Virus record (IMG/VR): IMGVR_UViG_3300031760_000012
Coordinates: 33,387 to 97,386 of that record
Source of the DNA: a virus
Lineage: Duplodnaviria; Heunggongvirae; Uroviricota; Caudoviricetes
Strand: one strand, 5' to 3'
DNA length: 64,000 nt
In this document: positions 48,560-57,996 of the stretch, in pieces
How positions within the stretch are numbered: the stretch's first letter is position 1
Layout: the number at the start of each line of letters is the position of its first letter
Notes under the pieces: model-generated
Databases searched by the model: none
The model's input: only the letters and a program-made list of their open reading frames with translations
What the model was told of the DNA's origin: nothing
Translations under genes and position numbers: made by a program

Positions 48560-49128
48560 TACTTACCTTTCTTTCTCCATGTAGCATGGTACTCCTTACA
48601 TAATTCGGTTCCTTTAACCTTCTTTACGTATATCATCTTCTTTACAGTCGACTTTCGTTCATGTTTTGTTTCCATACCTTTGTGCGTTTTTGTGCTGCCG
48701 ATTGTTTCTCCGATATAATCCCAATTATCAGCTTTATATACAGTTCCTTTTCGTCTTTCGTTTTCGATTACAAAAGTTTCAAATCCATGAACAGCAACAC
48801 CGTAACGGTCTTCCCAATCTTTTGCGATGCGCTTTCTCCACATTGACAATACCTGTGTACCAAGATTTGGAAGATGCTTCTCAAGCCTGAATACTGTGTT
48901 ATTTACAATACAATTCAGAGCGACTTTTTTATTGTATTTTGTCAGACCAAAATATTCGTCTCTGCTTTTAACGGCATATACTGCAGATGCGCCAGATATA
49001 ATCCCAACAATCTCCCCGTCAAGAGAAATTAAATAATGCATCTGTTGACCAAATGTTCCCCTATTGGGAATGTAATGACGATCTCTAATCTCTTGATAAC
49101 GCTCGTCTGATCTCTTGCATTTAATCAA
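48559..49128 (-). CDS. hypothetical protein
   Basis: 189-aa basic protein; family not recognized. Confidence 0.45.
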   Translation of the reverse strand: MIKCKRSDERYQEIRDRHYIPNRGTFGQQMHYLISLDGEIVGIISGASAVYAVKSRDEYFGLTKYNKKVALNCIVNNTVFRLEKHLPNLGTQVLSMWRKRIAKDWEDRYGVAVHGFETFVIENERRKGTVYKADNWDYIGETIGSTKTHKGMETKHERKSTVKKMIYVKKVKGTELCKEYHATWRKKGK

Positions 49129-49173
49129 TTCAACGTTATATATAACTAACCATCTCCTTTAAAACATCCATCC

Positions 49174-49587
49174 TCATCCTTTCATATCTCGTACCGCCAA
49201 AAGGTAAGCTGCAGTGTTACGTGTCCACTCATCGAACCTCAGATGATACCCAGTGCTCGCGTCCCAGTCCTCAAACATGCGCGAATACTTGACCTCTTTG
49301 GCTATGTCTGGATACTTGAGCTGCAAAGATCGTAGTTCTCGCGCCCATTGCGCCCACTTTTCGTCAGAGATCAGATTGTCGTTCAGTTCATAATATATGT
49401 ACGAATGAACAAGCATTTGTAACCTACGTTGCTTTATCTTGGCGGCGATGTAATTGCGCTCATTATCATATGGTGTGAATTCATTTATTTTGATCACCTC
49501 CCATATACGCGTCGCAGTTCGGACAAGACAACCATTGATGCTCTGCAATGTCACCACCGTATGTCGGCGCCTCGATGCCGTATACAT
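49174..49587 (-). CDS. hypothetical protein
   Basis: 137-aa ORF. Confidence 0.45.
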   Translation of the reverse strand: MYTASRRRHTVVTLQSINGCLVRTATRIWEVIKINEFTPYDNERNYIAAKIKQRRLQMLVHSYIYYELNDNLISDEKWAQWARELRSLQLKYPDIAKEVKYSRMFEDWDASTGYHLRFDEWTRNTAAYLLAVRDMKG

Positions 49588-49831
49588 GTACGCCTTTTCC
49601 GCATTCTGAACAGCACCATACCGGGTCGCCTCCAGGAGTTGCGTAACCGCTTATCTTCACCCAGCGACCTTCTTTTCTTGCTGGCGGCAGATCTTTTAAT
49701 ATCGACGCATACCATACAGGATATCGCTCCTCTGGCGGTTCACTTAATATCGCATGTATTGCATCTGCCCTGCTAATCGTATCATTCATTTTTATTCTCC
49801 TTAATAAACATATGTCAACACCAACTATCAA
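49481..49831 (-). CDS. Cys4 zinc-finger protein (paralog of 46647-46988)
   Basis: EGRWVKISGY...WCCSECGKG...CPNCDAYMGGD. Confidence 0.45.
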   Translation of the reverse strand: MIVGVDICLLRRIKMNDTISRADAIHAILSEPPEERYPVWYASILKDLPPARKEGRWVKISGYATPGGDPVWCCSECGKGVHVYGIEAPTYGGDIAEHQWLSCPNCDAYMGGDQNK

Positions 49832-50060
49832 TATAATCTATTATCTCTACAATAATAAAAATGATTGTATATATAATAGAGATAATTGCAATAACACCCG
49901 TGCATGTTCCTACATAGTGAATAATTACGCTCATAGTCCCGTCTGGAGGTATCGGTGACGCAAACATAAATGCAAAAAGAACCACCGTCCATACAACTGT
50001 TCCTCCCCACAAAATCGTAAGGATTGTAAACATCACTCTATACACGCTGTCGCTTATCAT
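49815..50060 (-). CDS. small integral membrane protein
   Basis: 81 aa, highly hydrophobic (2-3 TM helices). Confidence 0.4.
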   Translation of the reverse strand: MISDSVYRVMFTILTILWGGTVVWTVVLFAFMFASPIPPDGTMSVIIHYVGTCTGVIAIISIIYTIIFIIVEIIDYIDSWC

Positions 50061-50223
50061 TTATCACCTCGATACACAACTGTTTAACACATTCAAAACA
50101 CAAATCAACCTTTTGGTAACCTGGCTGCATGTTATGTAAAATCTGCCTTATCAAGCTATGTCGCCTGACAAGCTTTCCGCATTTGTCGCATTTAATTACA
50201 ACGAGTTCCATTACATTAATCAT
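50038..50223 (-). CDS. small zinc-ribbon protein
   Basis: CDKCGK...CFEC motifs; 61 aa. Confidence 0.35.
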   Translation of the reverse strand: MINVMELVVIKCDKCGKLVRRHSLIRQILHNMQPGYQKVDLCFECVKQLCIEVINDKRQRV

Positions 50224-50386
50224 CCTCGTAAACCAACAATATTGGCGTATGACCTACTCTTTCATAACTTCCAAATGATATTGACACTATTTTTTCTTTT
50301 TCAATTTCATATAAATTTAAGTAGTTTGCTAGTTGGAATTCATCAGTAAACATTTTTGCACGATACATCGCAATCTCCTTTCAAAT

Positions 50387-50461
50387 TGGCACGGCGTAGT
50401 GGAGTCGAACCACTACTTTCTGGGTCAAAGCCAGACGGACTAACCGTTATCCGAACGCCGT
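50387..50461 (-). tRNA. tRNA-Gln (anticodon UUG), CCA encoded
   Basis: Manual fold: acceptor ACGGCGU/ACGCCGU, D-stem GGAU/GUCC, anticodon stem UCUGG/CCAGA with loop CUUUGAC, T-arm AGUGG-UUCGACU-CCACU, discriminator G, CCA; 75 nt. Confidence 0.8.
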
Positions 50462-50464
50462 TAG

Positions 50465-50540
50465 TGGCATACCCTGCAGGGCTCGAACCTGCGACACCCG
50501 GTTTTGGAGACCGGCGCTCTCCCAACTGAGCTAAGGGTAC
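50465..50540 (-). tRNA. tRNA-Trp (anticodon CCA), CCA encoded
   Basis: Manual fold: acceptor GUACCCU/AGGGUAU, D-arm GCUC-AGUUGGGA-GAGC, anticodon stem CCGGU/ACCGG with loop CUCCAAA, T-arm GCAGG-UUCGAGC-CCUGC; 76 nt; 3 nt from tRNA-Gln. Confidence 0.8.
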
Positions 50541-50928
50541 GCGGTGCGCGTGGGTTATATGCAACTGCGTATCGTGCAGCCTTCTTTGCCACGCGCGATT
50601 AAAGAACGCGGGCGATCAACTCCGCGCGGTCTCGGGTGTGGATTTGCACCATACATAGAAACCGTTGCTGCTTTCCATCATCTACGTTTCTGGAATCGTT
50701 TCCTTACAGTTTAGCGTCTACCTATTCCGCCACCGAGAAAAATCACCATTCGTAATCAGACAGAATCATTCTGATGTCGTCAAGAAGCGCATTAAATACT
50801 TCTGGCGACAGCTCATTCAACGCACTGTCTAAAAGTTCTTGGATCTCCATCTCGTATGCATTTTTCGTCATTGGTATATACCTTTCGTTAAAGCGGGGAG
50901 TCGAATCATCTCCTCCCCGTGAATCACG

Positions 50929-51132
50929 TCACACTTCTACTGCCACAATGGACAGATCGAAAAGATCATTCGGGCTGTTCGTGAATCCGCGCTTCAAGTA
51001 CTCGTGTCCGCCGTCAACAGATACCATTCCGCAGCTGCATTCGACGTATTCGTGTACGGTTCTGGATTCGATCACATCTCCGCAATGATTACATTTGATT
51101 TTGTTTGAAAAGATCTTTTGTCTCTTTTTCAT
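50929..51132 (-). CDS. small zinc-ribbon protein
   Basis: CNHCGD...CSCG; 67 aa. Confidence 0.4.
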   Translation of the reverse strand: MKKRQKIFSNKIKCNHCGDVIESRTVHEYVECSCGMVSVDGGHEYLKRGFTNSPNDLFDLSIVAVEV

Positions 51133-51142
51133 ACTTCCTCCA

Positions 51143-53125
51143 TTATGCTACGTGTGCGTACTTTCGGAGCTGGAACCATTTGCCGTCTTTCGTGTATTCC
51201 AGGCATCGTATAACATCATTAGGTTTGATAGGGGATTTATCATACGCACCCTTAAACACGGTCATGCGACCCTCGATCCCAGATCCAATTGATTGATAAA
51301 AGACAGCATAGCCGAAAAGCTTTCCGTCTTTTTTGCGCTTCACTGGCTGGACGTCTTTCACGTACAGGGTGCTCCGATCTGACTGCACTCCCGTCACGAA
51401 CCCGACGTAGCCAGCCACGTCAGCGTAGTTTCTGGCTTTCTCAGCCAGAGAGAGATCTGCTATGTGCTGACTCTTGACAAAGTCTTCAGCTGAACGAGCG
51501 ATTGTTTGGGCGTCAAAACCAGTCCAGCTTACGGATTCTTTGCCTGCTTTGGTCAGTCCATCAGCATGCAACCTGAAAACTTCTTCTATGCCGGCGTCAC
51601 GTGCCTTTTCTTTTCGAATTGACTTTGCGTCGCCGGACTTCAATAGCGTATTATATATGTACATCAAAGCCTCGAGCTCCCGCTGATTCCCGAAGTCGCT
51701 GAAGAAGTCGAGCTTGCGCAGTATGTCCATCTGTCTGGCATCAATATCCGTGTTGGATATGTCCGCCAGAAGATCGACAAAGTAGTTGTAAGTTCGGCTA
51801 TGCGCTAGCTCGTATAAGGTCTCGGCGCACCTTTTCGAAATGAACTTCACACTGGCGACCCCGCGGGAAATAACATTTTCGGCTTTGTTGTACTCGTAAT
51901 GTGATCTGGACAAACCAAATTTTGGTGTTGTCATTTTGATTCCGTATACTTTCGCGAGTTCTGCACCGTTGCGTATATCATCGTCATTGGCGGCTGTATT
52001 CAGATACGCCGTGATGAATTCGCCAGGATAATAATAACGGAAGTATGCGCAGTAATATGTCAACATGGAATAGCTTATTCCATGATTCTTGGAAAACATA
52101 TAAGAAGACGCATCTTCTATTACCTGCAAAAACTCCCTTGCCTCATCTTCTGCGACATCCCTTGGTTTATCTGATTTCATACAGTACCCATCCAATATCA
52201 CAGGGATCCATTCCTTCAGTTTGTCAAGGTTCTTTTTTGCGATAAATCTCCTTACAGAGTCAGCGGAAGATCCGGATAATCCACATATTTTTTGAAGAAA
52301 ATCGATGATTTGTTCTTGAAAAACTAGCCAGGCGTAACTTTCTGACAACATTTCATCGATCTGCTTTGATGGATTATGATTATATTTTCTAGAGAACAAA
52401 GCTTCTCTGTACGATGCTCCAGAAGGTCTGATCGCCGCCGTTACGAGTGTTATGTCATGAACACTCTGTGGACGAAACTTTTTGAGACTATTAAATGCAA
52501 AATCACCTTCGAACTGGAATAATCCAACAGGCGATCTCATCATATCTTCAAAGACCTTCTCGTCGTTCCAGTTGATCTCGTGTGCGACGGGATATGGAAT
52601 TCCTATGGACTTACATGTTGTGTCTATAAGCTCCAAAGTTTTTAATGCAAGAAAGTCGAATTTCGCAAGGTTTACATAATGAGCTGAATTCATATCCAGC
52701 ATCAGAATGTTATCATTGTCCTTCCTGTATGTTCCGTATGTATCAGTCAGTGGGATCGGCGAAATTACGATCCCGGCAGGATGAATGCTTAAGCTGGAAT
52801 ACGTGCCTAAAAGCCCATCGTAGTAATAAAACAGTTCTGGATATTTACTCTTTGTGGCTTCCTCATCTGCTTCGAACTCTTTCTTGATCTGATCAATTTT
52901 CTTTACAGACCAAGGACATTCTGCATCTTCGTTCTTTATAATTCTATCGATACGACTGACCTTCTCCCAGTCCAGTTTGAGAGCTCTCCCGATTTCTTCT
53001 ATAACTGCTTTCGATTTGAGAGTCTGATACGCTGCGACTCGCGCCGTATATCTTTCTCCGAATCTATCAATAATGTATTTAAAAATTCGTGGTCGTTGTT
53101 TTTCTATGCAATCGATGTCGATATC
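51143..53125 (-). CDS. dnaE: DNA polymerase III alpha (DnaE-type), exon 2
   Basis: In-frame translation back to the 3' splice site gives DIDIDC...RFGERYTARVAAYQTLKSKAVIEEIGRAL...SIHPAGIVISPIPLTD...FDFLALKTLE...FSKNHGISYSMLTYYCAYFRYYYPGEFITA, all canonical DnaE palm/fingers motifs. The track ORF begins only at the internal Met at 52702. Confidence 0.7.
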   Translation of the reverse strand, partial: DIDIDCIEKQRPRIFKYIIDRFGERYTARVAAYQTLKSKAVIEEIGRALKLDWEKVSRIDRIIKNEDAECPWSVKKIDQIKKEFEADEEATKSKYPELFYYYDGLLGTYSSLSIHPAGIVISPIPLTDTYGTYRKDNDNILMLDMNSAHYVNLAKFDFLALKTLELIDTTCKSIGIPYPVAHEINWNDEKVFEDMMRSPVGLFQFEGDFAFNSLKKFRPQSVHDITLVTAAIRPSGASYREALFSRKYNHNPSKQIDEMLSESYAWLVFQEQIIDFLQKICGLSGSSADSVRRFIAKKNLDKLKEWIPVILDGYCMKSDKPRDVAEDEAREFLQVIEDASSYMFSKNHGISYSMLTYYCAYFRYYYPGEFITAYLNTAANDDDIRNGAELAKVYGIKMTTPKFGLSRSHYEYNKAENVISRGVASVKFISKRCAETLYELAHSRTYNYFVDLLADISNTDIDARQMDILRKLDFFSDFGNQRELEALMYIYNTLLKSGDAKSIRKEKARDAGIEEVFRLHADGLTKAGKESVSWTGFDAQTIARSAEDFVKSQHIADLSLAEKARNYADVAGYVGFVTGVQSDRSTLYVKDVQPVKRKKDGKLFGYAVFYQSIGSGIEGRMTVFKGAYDKSPIKPNDVIRCLEYTKDGKWFQLRKYAHVA

Positions 53126-54084
53126 CTTTTTGATTGTTTATGTTTTGCAGGAGTAAACACTGCTCTCTCCTCATCCCATCCAAGCGTGTAAATGCGATTC
53201 CATATTGTTGAGCTGTTAACACCCGACAACTCAGACCATTCTTTAACAGTGTGCGATTCTCCATTGATTGTTATTGGACTATTCTTGCTTTTTACCGGTC
53301 TTGTAACAGCATCTTCAATGCTCCAACCTTTATACACCCTTCCTCTTAGTGTCTGTATATTTATGTCGAACCTTTCAGATAACTCTCTTAAAGTGTACTC
53401 TTCCCCTTTGTACGAATACTTTTTATTCAATTCCGCAACAGGAGTTTTTATTGCTTTGTCTGCATCCCACTTTCCTTTAGCGACTCTTGCTCTAAGAGTT
53501 ACTTTTTTAATCCTAAATTCGTCCGCCCATTCACAAGCACTCTTTACCTCTCCATCTAATTCCAATAAAATTGTTTTTTCTTTATTAGTACTTTGTGTTT
53601 TAATATCTACAAATCTGCAATTATCAGGACAATACCCTTTGTTAACGTTTATCCTATCAATAGTACACTCTCCGTAATCTGCATTTTCGTCATACCCGTT
53701 CGAAATAGCCCATTGTTTGAACTCTGAATAATCGTGCAGCCATTCATCACACACAGTTATCCCTCTTCCGCCATATCTTGCATACTTTTGATTATTCGTG
53801 TTATAACATCTTCCCTTCATACTCTCCCAGACATGGTACAATCTGTCATAACTGCCTCCATGTGTTAACGAGTTGGTGTGAATCTTTTCATCACGTAAAC
53901 ACCCACAAGATTTTGTATTACCGCTTCTTAAATTCGAACCTCTGACGTTTGTTATGTTTCCGCATTTACAACGACATTCCCATACTGGGGTTTTAATACC
54001 TGTTTCCGAAACATAGTCTTCAACACGCCTTAAAACAGTAAGTCGTCCAAAAGTTTTTCCGGTTAAATCTTTAAGTTTTCCCAT
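53104..54084 (-). CDS. intron-encoded homing-endonuclease-like DNA-binding protein (Zn ribbon + YxxWxxMxxRC...YGGRGI.VC.EW module + three HTH-like repeats)
   Basis: FGRLTVL...WECRCKCGN...SCGC and YHVWESMKGRCYNTNNQKYARYGGRGITVCDEW. Three repeats of the type EWADEFRIKKVTLRARVAKGKW, as in NUMOD-type homing-endonuclease DNA-binding modules. The last about 7 codons overlap dnaE exon 2 in another frame. Confidence 0.6.
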   Translation of the reverse strand: MGKLKDLTGKTFGRLTVLRRVEDYVSETGIKTPVWECRCKCGNITNVRGSNLRSGNTKSCGCLRDEKIHTNSLTHGGSYDRLYHVWESMKGRCYNTNNQKYARYGGRGITVCDEWLHDYSEFKQWAISNGYDENADYGECTIDRINVNKGYCPDNCRFVDIKTQSTNKEKTILLELDGEVKSACEWADEFRIKKVTLRARVAKGKWDADKAIKTPVAELNKKYSYKGEEYTLRELSERFDINIQTLRGRVYKGWSIEDAVTRPVKSKNSPITINGESHTVKEWSELSGVNSSTIWNRIYTLGWDEERAVFTPAKHKQSKRISTSIA

Positions 54085-54384
54085 ACTTCACCTCCCTTCC
54101 ACGAAACCTTACAACACTCCATGTTTCCATGGAGAATAGACTATATCTTTACTCTATCATTTAAGTCGCAGAGCACTCACCGCTGTCCCATATGGGCACT
54201 TAGTCGTTGAACGTTCTCCTGTTCGGAGCTTCGCTGCTGATTGCCTAATCGACGTCTTTTTCAAGCATTCGCGCTTATCTATATTTCATGATTACGCTGT
54301 AGCAGACGCCGCTCTAAAGGGTTTCCAGCAATTCAATGAGTATTTTTTCGAACGCTTACAGCGACATCAGCGAACGTTGGCAAT
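53126..54384 (-). mobile_element. group I intron in dnaE (about 1259 nt) with an endonuclease-like ORF extending across the 3' splice site
   Basis: Exon 1 ends ...IGKD (GAU) and the intron ends ...AAAAAG. The junction rebuilds the polymerase catalytic motif (xDIDIDC, compare PDIDIDF). P-like GAAUUGCUGGAAAC (plus 54321-54334), R element GUUCAACGACUAAGUG (plus 54197-54213), and S element AAAGAUAUAGUC (plus 54139-54149) are all present. Confidence 0.7.
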
Positions 54385-55560
54385 ATCTTTACCAATCTCG
54401 ACGCGATTTTCATTGCAGAACCTTGAAAAAACTGTCCCCCATATCATCGGATTCACATCTGTGATTTCCGTCAAATATGCGACAAGGCTACCAGCAACAC
54501 TACCGCGTCCAGTACCGATTGCAATATTATTGTTTTTACACCACACTATGATTTCTGACATGAGAAGCATGAATCCGCCCATGCCAACCTTTTTAAATAC
54601 ATTCAGTTCTTCCTGTATCCTATCAACATATTCCTGTTCTTTATCTGGCGGCACGATTCCGCTTTCGAGTTTCTCGTTGAACATCTCCCACGTTTTCTCC
54701 TCAAAGATCTCAGTGTCTCTTTCAGGTGATCCGTTTATGATCGGATATTTAATATCTTCTGTGTTCAAATAAAGCTCTTCACACCACTCATCTAACAAAT
54801 TCGTATTCTCGATCGCCTGCATATAAACTTCTTCTGACAAAGCATCTTGCTTCTTGAACGCATCAACAAGCTGATCGTACGTTTTGTACGTAAGATCAAA
54901 TCCTGATTCGTCATAGTCGATATGTTTTGCTTTTAGAAACATCGTCCTGCATTGAGCTTTGTATTCATTGATCGAATGAGCGTCAGTTGCGGCTATAAGA
55001 GGTTTATTAAATCGTTGTGATAATTCGAAAAGCTTTTTGTTGTACGAAACTTGCTCTGGATTTGTGTGCGGTTGCACTTCGTAGAACGTAAATTTTGCCG
55101 CCAGAAGAGGAAAGTATGGGTTGTTTTCGTCGAGCTTATTGAGCGGTCCTGCAAGACACGCAGACGTAGTTATGATATTGTCGCTTATTTTTAAGAACGT
55201 GTCGAAATCAACACGATTCTTATAGTAAAAATGTTCCTCGTCTGAACTCAGTGCGATCAGCCTATTCAGTTCTTCGACGCCTTTCTGATTCCGCGCGATC
55301 ATAACCGTGTGGTAGTTATCCCTAACCTTTTCGTCAAGCGTTTCCGTGAGGTACATTTCTACAGAATGAAGGTACTTGATCCCTTTCTCCTTGCAGTACG
55401 CCCATTTGTCGACCCAGTTCAACGGCTTCCCATGCTCAGAAATCGAGATCGCCTTAAGCCCTTCGTCGACCGCCGCGTCAATGTAATCCTGAAACTTTGT
55501 ACACGAGTCGAGAATACTCAGATCACTGTGCATATGGTATGGCACATATAATTTACTCAC
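54385..55560 (-). CDS. dnaE: DNA polymerase III alpha (DnaE-type), exon 1 (PHP domain + start of palm)
   Basis: HMHSDLSILDS...ISEHG (PHP) and IGTGRGSVAGSLVAYLTEITDVNP...FSRFCNENRVE (DnaE palm). The ORF runs into a stop 5 codons into the intron. Confidence 0.75.
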
Positions 55561-55565
55561 TCATA

Positions 55566-56576
55566 TCACCACTCCAATCTCTGCTCATATAACTTCCTGA
55601 ATACTTCTTCTCCTTTGTCGGCTGGCGAATCTTTCTCATCGAGAACTCCTTCCTGATCTACGATCACACTGACATTGCAGTACCGTCTGAGCTTTTTTAT
55701 GTTCTTATCCGCGAACGGATTCGCATCTTTGTCCAGCGCAAAAACCACGGGTCTACCCAGACGGATCAGCAGCTTATACTGGTCATCGTTCAGGTGCGAC
55801 GTCAGGATCGCGCAGGTATTCCGAAAGCCCCATCCATAGCACATCATTACCGATTTCGCCGACTCGAACAAAACGATTTCATCTTTGGCGGCGATCTCAT
55901 CACATGCCTCGGAGAATCCGTACAGCATGTCCAGATTTCCAAGCGGAAAAAAATATGTATATTTGCGAAGACCTTTTCGCTTAAATTCCGTGTCAGTCGT
56001 GCGCCCTATGACGTTGATAATATTTCCAGAATTGTCTTTTAGTGGAAATACAATCCGATTAGAAAGAGGATCGTACCGGACTTCGAAAACTCTCATCGTC
56101 TCGTCCGTGATCCCCTCGTCCCGCCAGAGTTGTAATTTGTCGTCGTTCCACGTGAATCTACGCATGTAGTCACTCGACAGAATCTTATGCCCGTTGCTCT
56201 TACGCTTGCTGTCTTTCTTCTGATACCGCTTTGCCACAACCACCGAATCAAGATGCGTCTTGCGCGTCAGTTCCGACTCGTCGATCGCGGCGTACCGTGA
56301 CAATATTTTAATCGCTTCTTTAGTTCCAACGCCTTCGTAGACCTTGACAAAGTCCACAATGTCACCACTCGCGCCACTGGAAAAGTCTTTAAAAACATGC
56401 CGATCGGATCTCTCGGTGTTCACGCTGAATGACGGAGTGCGCTCATTCGTCAGCGGAGACAGCGCCCAGTACTCTCTTCCTTTCTGGCGGAAATCTGTAT
56501 ACTGAGATACATAATCTACCATGTCGACATTTCGGTCGATCAGCGCGATCTGTTCTTCTATCGTCATTCGCTCCAC
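55566..56576 (-). CDS. DnaG-like DNA primase (degenerate zinc-binding region + TOPRIM)
   Basis: TPSFSVN...FKDFSSGASGDIVDFV resembles the DnaG Zn-ribbon region but the Cys/His ligands are replaced. A TOPRIM-like segment with acidic residues follows. Confidence 0.6.
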   Translation of the reverse strand: MERMTIEEQIALIDRNVDMVDYVSQYTDFRQKGREYWALSPLTNERTPSFSVNTERSDRHVFKDFSSGASGDIVDFVKVYEGVGTKEAIKILSRYAAIDESELTRKTHLDSVVVAKRYQKKDSKRKSNGHKILSSDYMRRFTWNDDKLQLWRDEGITDETMRVFEVRYDPLSNRIVFPLKDNSGNIINVIGRTTDTEFKRKGLRKYTYFFPLGNLDMLYGFSEACDEIAAKDEIVLFESAKSVMMCYGWGFRNTCAILTSHLNDDQYKLLIRLGRPVVFALDKDANPFADKNIKKLRRYCNVSVIVDQEGVLDEKDSPADKGEEVFRKLYEQRLEW

Positions 56577-56655
56577 CAGATAAAGAAACTCATTATCATC
56601 AATGCTATACCGAATCCAATAAGTGCTACTGATACTGTATGCATCAAACCACCTC

Positions 56656-57996
56656 CTAATACGGAACTACAGGCTCGTGCTGACGCGCCTCTTCGTACGA
56701 AATCAGATTCCCATTGAAGCGCATATCAATGTACTCACCTTCGCCCATCTGCGGACCGTTACGATTTAAAATGATTTTAAGCTTCTTGTTTCCGCACTCA
56801 GGACCATCCTGTTCAATCTCTTCTGGAGTCTTGTCATCGATCATAATAATCGTCGACGCGTTCCGACCTATCTTGGCGGAGTCAGCCAGACGTCCAGTCG
56901 ACGTAGCCTGAGCCGCTCCGAGTGCAGGAATATTCAGCGCGCCTGCGAGCTTGTTCTTGACCAGATCGACGAACTTGCCGAGCTCCGCGTAGTTCGCGTA
57001 CGCTTCATCTTTCGACGACTTAAAATAGTCTATGATCAGAACGTCCATCTTGCCGAGATGCCTGAGTCTCTTCGCGGTTGTATAAACAGTAGACTCGTCG
57101 AATATCGGCATATACAAATGCGTCATTGTCTTCGTCTTTAACCAGTCTCGTGCCGCCAAAAGGTTAGCATGTTCCTCTTGTGAGTAGTTGCCAGACTTCA
57201 GGCGCGAATACTCGATCCCTGACAGATGTGCGTACAGCCTTGTCATGAACATTTTCGTATTTAGCTCCGAGTCCAGATACAAAACCGCCTTGCCCTTTCT
57301 GAGCAAATCGACCGCTTCATTCAGAAGCAGCATTGACTTCCCTTGCTTCGCCTGTGCTCCGAAGATCACAAGCTCGCCAGGCTCGATACGGACGTAATCG
57401 TTTAAGACATTCCATTTGAACGGTATCCCAGAAAGCCCTTCCTGATCTTGGATGATCTGGTCGAGCATCTCATCTGCAATGTCCGCGACTTCTGGAATGT
57501 CTTTTACAATCGAAAACCGCTTCATCGTGTCGTCCAGAATCTGGTACGCACGTGACTCAACATCTTCGATCTCGCGATTCATCGCCATGCGTTTATACTC
57601 GTCAGCCATGGAAACCATCTCGCGTCTGAGTGCTGCGTCTAAGATTTTGTTGACCTCGGCTATGTAATCCACCTGAGTATCTCTGGCGATCGCACCTGCT
57701 TCTTCGAACATTTCGTTGACTGTCTGAACTGTGATGAACCCTTCTACTTTCTGGCGTATCGACTCTTTCCGATACAGCGTGTTCACAATGCTGTATGTGT
57801 CGACTTTTTGGCGACCCTTGTTGACCAGATCCCTGACTGCCCAGTACAGGAACGCATTGTCTTCTGATGTGAAGTGATTCGGCGTCAAATTCTCACTGTA
57901 GAAAATCAAATCAGGCTTCAAAAGCACAGACGCGACGACGGCTGCTTCTGCCTGTACGTCGCGGATCATTCTGTCTTCATCCATACGCCACCTCAC
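56656..57996 (-). CDS. replicative DNA helicase (DnaB family)
   Basis: DnaB-like N-terminal domain, Walker A region GAQAKQGKSMLLLN, and the RecA-fold motifs of DnaB; 446 aa. Confidence 0.85.
   Translation of the reverse strand: MRWRMDEDRMIRDVQAEAAVVASVLLKPDLIFYSENLTPNHFTSEDNAFLYWAVRDLVNKGRQKVDTYSIVNTLYRKESIRQKVEGFITVQTVNEMFEEAGAIARDTQVDYIAEVNKILDAALRREMVSMADEYKRMAMNREIEDVESRAYQILDDTMKRFSIVKDIPEVADIADEMLDQIIQDQEGLSGIPFKWNVLNDYVRIEPGELVIFGAQAKQGKSMLLLNEAVDLLRKGKAVLYLDSELNTKMFMTRLYAHLSGIEYSRLKSGNYSQEEHANLLAARDWLKTKTMTHLYMPIFDESTVYTTAKRLRHLGKMDVLIIDYFKSSKDEAYANYAELGKFVDLVKNKLAGALNIPALGAAQATSTGRLADSAKIGRNASTIIMIDDKTPEEIEQDGPECGNKKLKIILNRNGPQMGEGEYIDMRFNGNLISYEEARQHEPVVPY

Noticed and set aside
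50343-50564. 73-aa minus-strand ORF overlapping the tRNA genes
   Set aside because: It is fully explained by the two tRNA genes and has no independent coding signal.
53104-54384. An intein explanation for the dnaE interruption
   Set aside because: The upstream exon ends in a stop codon a few codons past the junction, and the endonuclease ORF is in a different frame with its own start. That is incompatible with an in-frame protein-splicing element.
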